64,000 nt of DNA from Podarcis vaucheri (taxonomy: Eukaryota). Below the pieces are notes generated by a model that had not been told where the DNA came from, did not search any database, and was given only the letters and a program-made list of their open reading frames with translations. How positions within the stretch are numbered: the first letter of the stretch is position 1; each line of letters begins with the position of its first letter. The position numbers and the translations under genes were made by a program. Shown piece after piece: positions 37,355 through 47,947 of the stretch. The DNA lies in assembly GCA_965113315.1 (NCBI GenBank), contig OZ220377.1; one strand, given 5' to 3'.

Positions 37355-38150
37355 TACTCAATGCATTGGTAACCTCGATGCTGGATAACTGTAACACACA
37401 CTGTGTAGGGGCTGCCCTTGGGCCTGGTTGAGAAGCTTCAGCTGGTACAGAATACTATGACTACATTGCTGATGGAGGCATCTGGCTGACAGCATGTGAT
37501 ACCAATGTTAAAGTATATTCACTGGCTGCCCATCTACAGCCAAACCAGGTTCATTGTCTTTGTATTGATTTACAAAGTTCTGAACAACTTAGGTCCAGGC
37601 TACTTTAGGGACCACCTGAACCCTTATATCCCAGCTCAGTCACTTCAGTCATCTGCTGGAGTGATAGAATCATAGAATTGTAGAGTTGGAAGGGACCCCA
37701 AGGGTCATTAGTGCAACTGCTTGCAATGCAGGAATTTCAACTACAGCATCCATGACAGATGGCCATCCAACCTCTGCTTAAAAACCTCCAGTGAAGGAGA
37801 GTCCACAACCTCCTGAGGGAGTCTGTTCCACTGTAAAACAGCTCTTACTGTCAGGAAGATGTTCCTGATGTGTCACCAGCTATGTTGGTGAGGTTCATTT
37901 GACAAGAAACAAAGCCTTTAGTGGCACCAGCCCAGTATTCTGGAATGCTCTGCCAAAAGAGATTCAGCAGGCTCCTTCAATTTCAAACTTTAAATTCCTG
38001 CTGAAAACTTTCCTATTCCATCAGACTTATGTAGGCAGTTACGAATACATCTTTCCACAATAGTTAGATTTTAACTTTTTGTATGCTTTTTATTGTATTG
38101 TTTTACATGCAGTTGTTTTAAACAGCTCTGATATACTTTTATGAATAAAG
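37355..38150 (+). mobile_element. L2 3' fragment with a nested CR1 3' end (about 37665-37870, minus strand)
   Basis: ALVTS.LDNCN...LQLVQN...HWLP L2-type motifs; ATAGAATCATAGAATTGTAGAGTTGGAAGGGACC is a CR1 tail. Confidence 0.75.
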
Positions 38151-38574
38151 TAGAATATACCTGTTGGGAACAAAAGGATCAGTATTACTTTCCTTTCTCT
38201 TGGATAAGTTTGCCCCTTCAAGTGCTAGATGGACCAATACCCCACTTTCCAAGTAAGATTGGCTCCTACAATTAAAATTCATACAAAATCCACCCCCAGT
38301 TGATAACGTACAAAAATGTGGCTTTGGGCTGAGTAAGTACGGAGGACAGTTGTATTAAGTAACAGGTGAGGCAGACCAAACATTACTTGTTATTCCTGGC
38401 CTGTTAACCAGTTGAGGATCAACATTGGTGGCCATGTGGGTGGCTTTCTTAATGGAGCATGGATTAGGATTTTGATGTCTTGGGAGGTGTATTGGAAGAC
38501 TTTGGAATTTTGACATTCCCAGCACTTTCGGCAAATAATCATGAATTAGTCTGAAATGAAAGCGCACTACATTA

Positions 38575-38815
38575 TAGTCATACTTTGGATCTTGAACACC
38601 TTGGCTCCCGAACAAATTGGCTCCCTAACGTTTGAAACCCGGAAGTGAGTGTTCTGGTTTTTGAACGATTTTTAGAAGCCGAATGTCCAGCGTGGCTTCT
38701 GGTTGGCTGCAGAAGCTTCCTTCAACCAATCGGAAGCCACACTTTGGTTTCCAAATGTTTTGAAAGTTGAACAGACTTCTGGAACGGATTCTGTTCAACT
38801 TCCAAAGTACGACTG
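38575..38815. mobile_element. Tigger-like MITE
   Basis: TIRs and TA TSD; homologous to 18740-18943. Confidence 0.75.
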
Positions 38816-39896
38816 TATATAGTATACAGCCCTCCTGGCCTTCCTCTCAGGTGCAGAGCACAAGGGAGTTAGTCAGAAGTATAGCCCTGACTAGCTGTTT
38901 CTGTAGGCTCTCCTGCTCTATCTCCTGTGGTGGTTCATACTCTTAGCTTTCCCTCAAACAAGGAAGCTTGATACTGGTTGCTATTTAAAAGGCATACAGT
39001 AAACAAAAGCAAATGCCTAGACCAGTACTTAAACTGCACTCTTCCATTTATTAGCCTGCGGGTGGGGAACCTCTGGCCCATCTATAGGCAATTTTGACCA
39101 AGCCGCACGTACTTGTCAGTCACCTGTTTTGGTATTAAAAGCTCTATCAGCTGATCAGCAGAGCTTCAAAGCACTGCACAACACTTTGAAATCCTGATTA
39201 TCAGTACATATCTGTGCATCACAGCACTGCAGTGTCATTTGCAATGTCAGATGATTGATAGATGAGCAGCCCCCCACATGTCAAATTCAGCCCAGGGGGG
39301 TGGGTTGGGGAGCTAAGGATCCAGTTTCCCACTCCAGCACTAGCTATAGCAAGTTTCCAATACTTCATATCAGTATAAAGAAGATTTTATGAACTGCCTT
39401 CACCTGCTTCCTAAAAATAGAAAATGACGAGTTTAGGTGGATCTCCTGGCGGAGGTAATTCTATAAAAGGTGTGCCACAAACTGCTGGCTGGCTGTACAT
39501 GAGAACAAGATTCATTTGTTAAGACAGGTTTCTTGCTTACAGTGTCAAAAATTTGAAAGCACATTGACTGACTGATGACTTGAAAATGAAACAACTTTAG
39601 TCAGGCCTGTGATAAAACTTGGATGTCTTGCAGAGTTGCTTGTCCCTTCTGTTTGCTCAGTCTGTATAACTTGCATTCAATTCTTGTGTCAGGCTTCCTA
39701 ACTCTTGCTAATGTGTGTGGGGCAGGAGGGGAGAGGAAATAAAAAACCTGAATTTTGGTGGTAGTAGTATAAATTAGCAAGGTAAGATATGTACAGATTT
39801 GCTTTCAGCGTTCTCTGTGTGTAGCTTGAATCCTTTTGTTGCCTTGTGTGTGCACAGTCCTACACATTAAGTGCCATTTGAACATTAGGAGCTGGG

Positions 39897-40265
39897 TTAG
39901 TAGAAATGTTATAAGGAATTAAGTATAAACAGATTAATAGAATATTAAAGGAAAAAATAAGGTTAGAATGTGTTAAGATAATTATAGGATAGAAAACATA
40001 GGAAGATGGAAAGGAATTGCTGAAACAATTAACAGAAGTGGAATACAAAAAGGGAGGTGTGAGGAGGTCGTGGAAATAAGTGAATGAAAGATAAGATACT
40101 GAAATTGTTTGATGTGTTTTAAACTGTTTTTGTTTGGTTATGTTAGTTTAATGTGTCAGTGCTATGTAGTGTTTTTGTATTGTATTGTATTGTTCTTTTT
40201 TTTTGTAGCGTTGTGTTTAAATTGTTGGAAAAGTAATAAATATTATTTTCAAAAAAAAAAAAAAA
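39897..40265 (+). mobile_element. L1 3' UTR insertion in intron 1, sense to VEZF1
   Basis: 17-bp TSD GAACATTAGG(A/C)GCTGGG; AATAAA at 40235 plus A15; shares GGAATACAAAAAGGGAGGTGTGAGGAGGTC with the 8692 copy. Confidence 0.88.
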
Positions 40266-40449
40266 GAACATTAGGCGCTGGGCCCCCTCAAATCTGTTCC
40301 AGTGAAGGGCAGCTCTTGCCTTCCGAATTAAACCCTACGACATTAGGTAATGCGTGGAATTTACCATCTCAACAGGTTTCTGAGCAGTCTTCCCTTATCA
40401 AAGCTAAGTAGTGCGCTTGTAAGTTACAAATGAATATTTCTGTTTTTAG

Positions 40450-41147
40450 GCACACGAAGCATCACATCACCAACAGCAGGCAGCACAGAACAGTTTGCTG
40501 CCACTCCTGAGCTCTGCTGTTGAGCCCCCCGACCAGAAACCAATTTTACCATTACCAATAACACAGAAACCTCAGCCCCCACCGGAAACGCTAAAAGATA
40601 CCATAGTCGGGATTAAAAAGGAGAAACCGAAAACCTCCTTTGTGTGCACATACTGCAGCAAGGCCTTCAGGGACAGCTACCATTTGAGGCGCCATGAATC
40701 CTGCCACACAGGGATAAAGTTAGTGTCACGGCCAAAGAAAGCTCCTGCAACGATGGTGCCCCTAATCTCGACCATCGCAGGTGACAACAACCGGTCAACG
40801 CTGGTTTCGACCATCGCAGGTATCCTCTCAACAGTCACTACGTCTTCCTCCGCCACCAACCCAAGCAGCAGTGCTGGTGCCACAGCAATGCCGGTGACGC
40901 AGACGGCGAAGAAGCCCAGTAAGCCTGTCAAAAAGAACCACGCCTGTGAGATGTGTGGCAAGGCCTTCCGTGACGTCTACCACCTCAATAGGCACAAGCT
41001 GTCCCACTCAGATGAGAAGCCTTTTGAGTGCCCAATTTGCAACCAGCGTTTCAAAAGGAAGGACCGCATGACCTATCACGTGAGGTCTCATGAGGGTGGC
41101 ATCACCAAACCCTACACCTGTGGTGTTTGTGGAAAAGGCTTTTCGAG
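40450..41147 (+). CDS. VEZF1: VEZF1 coding exon 2 (AHEASHHQQQ... zinc fingers 1-3 and start of finger 4)
   Basis: Acceptor ttctgtttttag|G; C2H2 fingers CTYC, CEMC, CPIC, CGVC; near-identical to recalled human VEZF1; donor AG|GTACCA at 41148. Confidence 0.98.
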
Positions 41148-41571
41148 GTACCATGTAGAAAATCCCAGGCGAGCTCAAGTATTGGATTTTCATTCCGTGT
41201 TCGCGTGGGGGGTGGGGGTGGGAAGGGGCCGTAAGGAAAGTGAGTGTGGGAGGCGGGGTGGGGTGGGGTTGGGGACAGTGACCCTTCTTGGGTCTTGAAG
41301 TCTGAATCTAAAGGCAATTTTGCAAGTGATAGGACATGCTGCTTGTGAATTTAAAACAATAAATTATTTATGTTGGTCTGCATTGGACCTTGCATTAGCA
41401 GGCCATGGATGGAGATCTTAAAACAACTCTTTTTATACAGACCAGAAAGAGTACCAATCTAGCAGTATTGGGGAAGCAGAGATTCTGTTCTATTTGGATG
41501 ATCTCCAGTTCTAATAGCTAGTAGATCTTTCTCTTAAAAAGAGAATTATACCAATGGGGTATACCCCAATT

Positions 41572-41925
41572 GGGACGCGGGTGGCGCTGTGGGCTAAAGC
41601 CTCAGCGCCTAGGGCTTGCCGATCGAAAGGTCGGCGGTTCGAATCCCCGCGGCGGGGTGCGCTCCCGCTGCTCGGTCCCAGCGCCTGCCCACCTAGCAGT
41701 TCGAAAGCACCCCCGGGGGCAAGTAGATAAATAGGTACCGCTTACCAGCGGGAAGGTAAACGGCGTTCCGTGTGCGGCTCTGGCTCGCCAGAGCAGCGTT
41801 GTCACGCTGGCCACGTGACCCGGAAGTGTCTTCGGACAGCGCTGGCCCCCGGCCAATAGATGTGAGATGGGCGCACAAACCCCAGAGTCTGTCAAGACTG
41901 GCCCGTTCGGGCAGGGGTACCTTTT
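41572..41925 (+). mobile_element. Full-length, young Sauria SINE in intron 2
   Basis: Starts GGGACGCGGGTGGCGCTG; intact B box GGTTCGAATCC; CpG-rich; perfect 12-bp TSD TATACCCCAATT. Confidence 0.93.
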
Positions 41926-42174
41926 TATACCCCAATTATACCATTTGGGGGGGATTAATTTTTTTCTTTTCCCGCAAATAATCACAGGCAAGCCATGTGA
42001 CCTCTTTGAGGAATGCAGTTAGAATGCTGCTTATAGGGAAGTATGGATTTGAAAGATTTGGGTGGTTGGTTAATTGTTTATTGTGGAGGATGTTGGGTTT
42101 TATAAATGACCTACACTGTGTTATGTGTAACAATGTGTTCTCTTTGTGTCTCTACTTTTTTCTTTCTTATACAG

Positions 42175-42238
42175 GCCTGATCACTTAAGTTGTCATGTTA
42201 AACACGTTCATTCCACAGAGAGGCCCTTCAAATGCCAA
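42175..42238 (+). CDS. VEZF1: VEZF1 coding exon 3 (PDHLSCHVKHVHSTERPFKCQ)
   Basis: Long polypyrimidine tract then acag|; 64 nt restores phase 0; donor CAA|GTAAGG. Confidence 0.97.
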
Positions 42239-44309
42239 GTAAGGGGTTTGGTGATCTACAGTGCTAAATTTATATGCTGTCTGCTAAACTGCTTCACAAA
42301 GAGTTTGGATTTGCATGTCATAGGGGCTCTTTGAATTGGAAATATTGGGGCGTGAGAACCAGATTGGGTTGCATTATGGATCCTTGGAATCTTACCTTCA
42401 GGCTTCATCAGTAGAGCTTCACCTTGCTTTAGAGCATTCTTTCAGCTTATCTCCATGAGGCGACTTTGGCTAAGTGCTGAAATAGCCCAGAAGACTTTTT
42501 ACAGCATAGGTGAAAAAGCACAAGGGAGAGAGAAGCTCCCACTTATGGTAGCAGCTTCCTTGAACAGGGCTCTACAGATCTCGGGCTGACTTTGGTAGCC
42601 AGCCCAAAGTGGTTGGGTCATGTCTGTGCCATTATGCTAAGCTTGGCATGTCACAGAAGAGCACTGTAAGTTCAAGGTGAATCTCTTCCCCTTTCCCAGC
42701 TTCAGTGTGTAGCTATGTTTACTTGGCTGAATGTAAATGCTCCAGATGTTCTTGATAGAAGCATAAATGTATTTTTATCTCTGTATTTGAGCAGGACTGT
42801 ACACATGGATTACTTGAGTGTCTTGTTTTGCTGTCTTAAACATGTTAACTTCACTGTTTCCTCCAGTGGAATAGAAAATGTCCTCCATCCTGAGACCATA
42901 TCTAGTCTTAGTTCAGTAAGCACATTCTAAGGCATTTTCAGCAAATATTGCCAGTTCTAGCCCCAGTATTGAAAACAATTTCTTGTGACAAAAGTTAGCT
43001 AGGAACCAAAGACATACTTGCAAATATCTCTTTGCAAATAGGAATCTCCTTCAGCTGTGACTGCATAATTAAGCTTTTGTAAACTGAAGGAATAGTTGTG
43101 TTCTTTTTTTCCACTTGCAACTTGTCACTGTGCCATAAATGACAACCTGCATGCATATGTAGGCAGACTAGCAATTCTTTTTGTATTGGCTAATAACTTG
43201 TCAACTAGTTTATGAGGCTGAGCTTAAAGGCAAGCAAAATGGCTAAGTTGATTGAACAGTTGGCTGTTCTTCTATTTTGCTTCATCTGTGCAAGACTGAG
43301 CTTGTTCTCCGTGACTCAGCTATGGCCAGCTAGTGCTTTGAATTAAAAGGAATGACTCTTCATGCTTTGTGCTTAGTTTTTGTCTTGATTTTTATTTAAC
43401 TAAATGTAACTGAACAGTGGAAAAATCATAAGCAGGAGTGCTGGCAGAAAACAATACAAGAGACCACCTGTGTGTGTATTCCTAGCATTTATAAGCCCCA
43501 TGGCAGTTTGGTATGCGAGACTGTCTTGCTATCAAAACACAAAAGTTCCACTTTTGTCCTCTTTAAGCATTACTCAGCTCTATGACATGAGTGTGCTGCT
43601 CAGTGTTTGGATAATGGGTACATCAGTTAAGAGATGGTTGGAACCATAGTTGGTATCGAGTTCATAGAATCCCAGAATGTATTTAGATTGGTCTTTTATC
43701 AGCTGCATCTTCATACTGCCTTCATACTAGCCAGCTGCAAAAGCGTAGTTCGGTGGCTAAGCATGTTAGGCCTGGTAGACGTGCTAAAACTCCCAAACTA
43801 CTTCATGGTTCACATAGTTGAGCGGCACTATACGCACACACAGATTCTTTCCAGAAAGAAGGAGAGGAAGGATTCTAGCCTATATTGCAAATAATTCTTA
43901 TGCAGGAGGATTCAGTCATGATACTCTCCCCTGCTGTCTTCCCACTCTGGGCAGTCTAAAGTTGTACAGTCCAGATACAGGTTTACAATTTTACTTGTGT
44001 TTTAACAAATTAAGTGTTGTATCCCGTTTACACATACTCTGATGGATATGACTACTGGGGTGGGGTGGGGAGCAGCCATACTGGTTGGGCTACAAATGAA
44101 AGGGGTCTTCCTTCACTGTGTGTACTTACGGGGAGGAATACTGCTATGCTTTAATTGCACGTCAGAAGGGTTTGAACTAAATCTCAAATTTCAGTTCCTC
44201 CTTTGTGGGGTGTAAGGACTGATGGTGTATTGGCAGCATAATAAGAAGAATATACCTAAAATTAGCATTCATTGGAGTAAGGGTAAACCTTCTGTTTCCT
44301 TCCATGTAG

Positions 44310-44493
44310 ACTTGCACGGCTGCCTTTGCCACCAAAGACAGGCTGCGGACACACATGGTGCGCCATGAAGGAAAGGTGTCATGTAACATCTGTGGTAAAC
44401 TTCTGAGTGCGGCATATATTACCAGCCACTTAAAGACTCATGGGCAAAGCCAAAGTATCAACTGTAATACCTGTAAACAAGGCATCAATAAAA
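44310..44493 (+). CDS. VEZF1: VEZF1 coding exon 4 (TCTAAFATKDRLRTHMVRH...CKQGINK)
   Basis: Acceptor tccatgtag|; completes finger 5 and encodes finger 6; donor AAA|GTAAGT. Confidence 0.97.
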
Positions 44494-44602
44494 GTAAGTG
44501 GACACCCCCTTTTTTCAAAACAGTCTTTCAGCGTACTCTTTAGCATCAGCTATATGTAGTGTATGTGTGGCATGTTTAAAATATAAAATACATGATGTAG
44601 CT

Positions 44603-44738
44603 CAGGCATAGGCAAACTCGGCCCTCCAGATGTTTTGGGACTACAACTCCCATCATCCCTAGCTGACAGGACCAGTGATCAGGGATGATGGAAGTTGTAG
44701 TCCCAAAACATCTGGAGGGCCAAGTTTGCCTATGCCTG
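44603..44738. mobile_element. Palindromic hAT MITE in intron 4
   Basis: 58-bp inverted arms; 8-bp TSD ATGTAGCT/CTGTAGCT; older relatives near 7650, 17392, 20035, 22895, 24225 and 61728. Confidence 0.9.
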
Positions 44739-47700
44739 CTGTAGCTTATGTGAGAAATGATGGGGAATTGTAGTCAAACAGATGAGACTTGCAAGGAAAG
44801 GAATTTCTGTATTACAGTGGAGTTTGCACCAATTTTTCTTTCCTTACCCAGTCGATCTCAAATGTTGCCAGGCCTTACCCAAAGCCCTTTGAAGTCGGTG
44901 GAAAGTATCCCATTGATTTTAGCAGGCCCTGAATTGTCGCTTCAAAGTTCTTGGCATGCTAGAGCTGATGACTAAACAAGTTTTTTTAAACAAAGCATTC
45001 ATCCTGATTGAGTTTTTAGGGCACTGAAGATAAATCTTGGTTGTTGCAGCTGAAATGCCCAGTCATGTTTAGCAGTGCAGATAATGAAGACATTTCCTCC
45101 TCTAAAACAGCTACATAAGAATGGGATTTCAGTGGATCGTAAAGGAGTTAGGGGTCAAGCAGCTCACTTCAGTTCCTCCTTTGAAGGATTTCCATAACAC
45201 AACAAACGTTTTCATTTTTGTTCCTTCAGTTCTCTCTGAAAAAGCTTGAAGGCATGTATTAGCTATGAGGAAAGCAAGATAAGAAATTTATAGGATCGAA
45301 TTGTTCATCACATAATAGGTTTCGATGTTTTTGTCAGAATCTGCTAATCCAAACATAGGTTTATAAATAACAACTTGTGGTGAGTAAGGATGGACAGGAG
45401 TTGTTACGAATTTTAAGTCTTTTACAAGATTTGGCCTATACATGCAATAGAATGAGAAGGTAGAGATATGAAGTGGTACAGTAGGCTGTACCACCTCATT
45501 GAGTGGCATTTTTGAATGCTAGTTGATAATAAATAAACTTCAGGCAGAAAACTGGCACAAGGAGCAGACTGCAGTAGATCCATCTCCCTGATGTTCTTTG
45601 GTAGAGGGGGTTATTTGCAGAGAAAGTTTTACTTTCAGTACTAAAATACCTCCCATCTTTCACCTGTTGTCTAAAAGTAGTAAGTCCAGTCTACCAGCTC
45701 AGAAATCTTTTGCCTCATTCTATTGCATGTGTACATGAGACATGACTAATAAGATGTGGGCTAGTAACTTTCATAGGTTCATGAGTATGGCTGCCTAAGA
45801 ACTAATAAACCTACAAAATAAGTGATAACCTACCAAATTGAAGGAAAATAATTATGTGCGTTGTTGCCCAGTCTCCTCAAATACTAGAGGCAAGAGTCGG
45901 TCATGGATTAGCAGTCTGGAAGAAAGGTTTCTGTATTGCCCCTCCTCATAACTCCTGTTCTTCCCCAATAACTTCAAAAGGGTTGCTTCAGAATATATGT
46001 TTTTATTTGTGATACCATTGCAACAATCCAGTAAGGATCTATTCAGACTTAGCTAGTGGTCAGCTCCATGGCTTGGCAGGGGGACTTGAAGCAAGTTTTC
46101 CCATCTCCAAACTGTAGCCTGTACTCACCACATAGGCTCTGTTGCTTTCCCCTTGTACAGCAGCCTTCCTTTGCCTGTGTATCCCCCATTCTTTCACCTT
46201 CTCTGTTTGTCGCTTATCCCTTTCCACATTGTGCCTTTCCACATTGCGAGTGCAAAAGAAGTCTTTTGGTGGAGATAAATGGTGTCTTGTGTTAAATTAT
46301 GCAAAGTCGCTTCACTCACATTCCTCTTAATTGCAGAATTTGGGTTTTTCAAGCAAGAAAATCTGCACCTCCCTGCTTGTGAGTAGCAATTGTCTAAAAT
46401 TGATATTGTTAGTGGTATTAGGCTGGAAATGCATGATGCAGTAACTGATAACCTGCCTTTATTAAGATACTAAGTTTTTTATTGATATGGACTGCTTTGC
46501 ATGTTAAACTATGACTTAACACAAATGAGCAACCACTGTACAAATCAGAGCTGCGCCCCTCTTCTTTGCTGTGCCGGAAGGACACAAACCCAGTGTTGGC
46601 TTAAGTCTTATGTGCACCCAGGGCCCTTGATTGGTTCCTCTCCAAACAAGTCACAAGAATAAGCCAAAGAAGATATTCCTCATTCTTAGTCGTTTGGAAA
46701 GAAACAAGCCACAGTGGCTGATGTGCATGTAACACTAAACTAGTGTTTGTGTTTGTTTTCTTCTGGCTTTGCAAAAGAGAGGAGGTGGGACAGGTGCACT
46801 TTGAGCAGCATGCACTAGCACACCTGTTTATTCCTAGTAAGCCATAGTTGCTTAACTCTTGCTTGCCATTATGCATGAACCAGGCTACTGAGAGTTGTTG
46901 TATCTAATAAGGCCTACTCAGAGAGGACCCACTGAAACCGGTGCTCCTAAATTGGCCGTGTCCATTAACATCATTGGGTCTACTCTTGAGTAGGACTATC
47001 TTTGGATACCACCCTGAGCCCTTGTACAAGCCATGGTGGCATAGGTTTCCAGTTTCCCCCATAAATGATTCCCAGCCAATCCGTCCTGCAGTGCGGTCTG
47101 TCAATGCAGCTAGGCCACCTTCCATCCATCTGCTTTATCCACAACTGTGGTCACTGTATGAGGAAGCGCTGCACACACTTGGCCACTGTGCACACACTTT
47201 AGTCTGACTTAGAAGTGGTCGTTTTGACACAACTACATTATGGAACTCCCTGTTGGCAGAGACGGTATACCTGCAGTTGCTACATGTTCGGAAAGCAGCT
47301 GGGTCTCTTCCAGCAGGAAGGTCTGTTAAAACTCATTTGTTCTTGCTCTTAATCACAAGGACTTAAGGAGGGTAACATCCACTCTGTATAAGGTAGACAG
47401 GTCAGTGTCCCTTAAAGAACTCCTGATCTAAGATGAACAAATTGGACCCATGAAATGAGAGGCAGTGGGAGGCTATGTTTGTCCCAGTCATTTCAGCAGC
47501 ACACTTAAAGGCGAGGGTTTGGTCTCCTAGTTCTTCTCCAATCCATTAAATAGCTGGGTTTGAAGCTTTACACAGCTGTCCTAGCAGAGGTGATGTTGGA
47601 AGTGTTAAATTATTTGCACACAACTGCTTCTGTTCAAAATCATGAAGGGGTAGTTTTATGGAAAAGCGAATGCAAATCTTCCAAAACCCAAATCCACTTT

Positions 47701-47803
47701 CCTCAAGAGTTGCCAGACTTCAACAAAATTATTCCTTTTGATGAAAACTCTAACGTGCATCTGTATATATGTGTCTCTCTTATAAAAAATTTGGCTGGAA
47801 TAG

Positions 47804-47947
47804 CATGCATGAACGAAGAGAGTAACAACCAGAAGCAGCAGCAGCAGCAGCAACAGCAGCAGCCACAACAGCATGTCACAAATTGGCCTGGAAAACAGGT
47901 AGAGACCCTGAGATTATGGGAAGAAGCTGTTAAAGCAAGGAAGAAAG
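47804..47947 (+). CDS. VEZF1: VEZF1 coding exon 5 (polyQ; LRLWEEAVKARKK)
   Basis: TCMNEESNNQK-Q9-PQQHVTNWPGKQVETLRLWEEAVKARKK; 144 nt, phase 1-1; donor AAG|GTAAAA. Confidence 0.95.
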
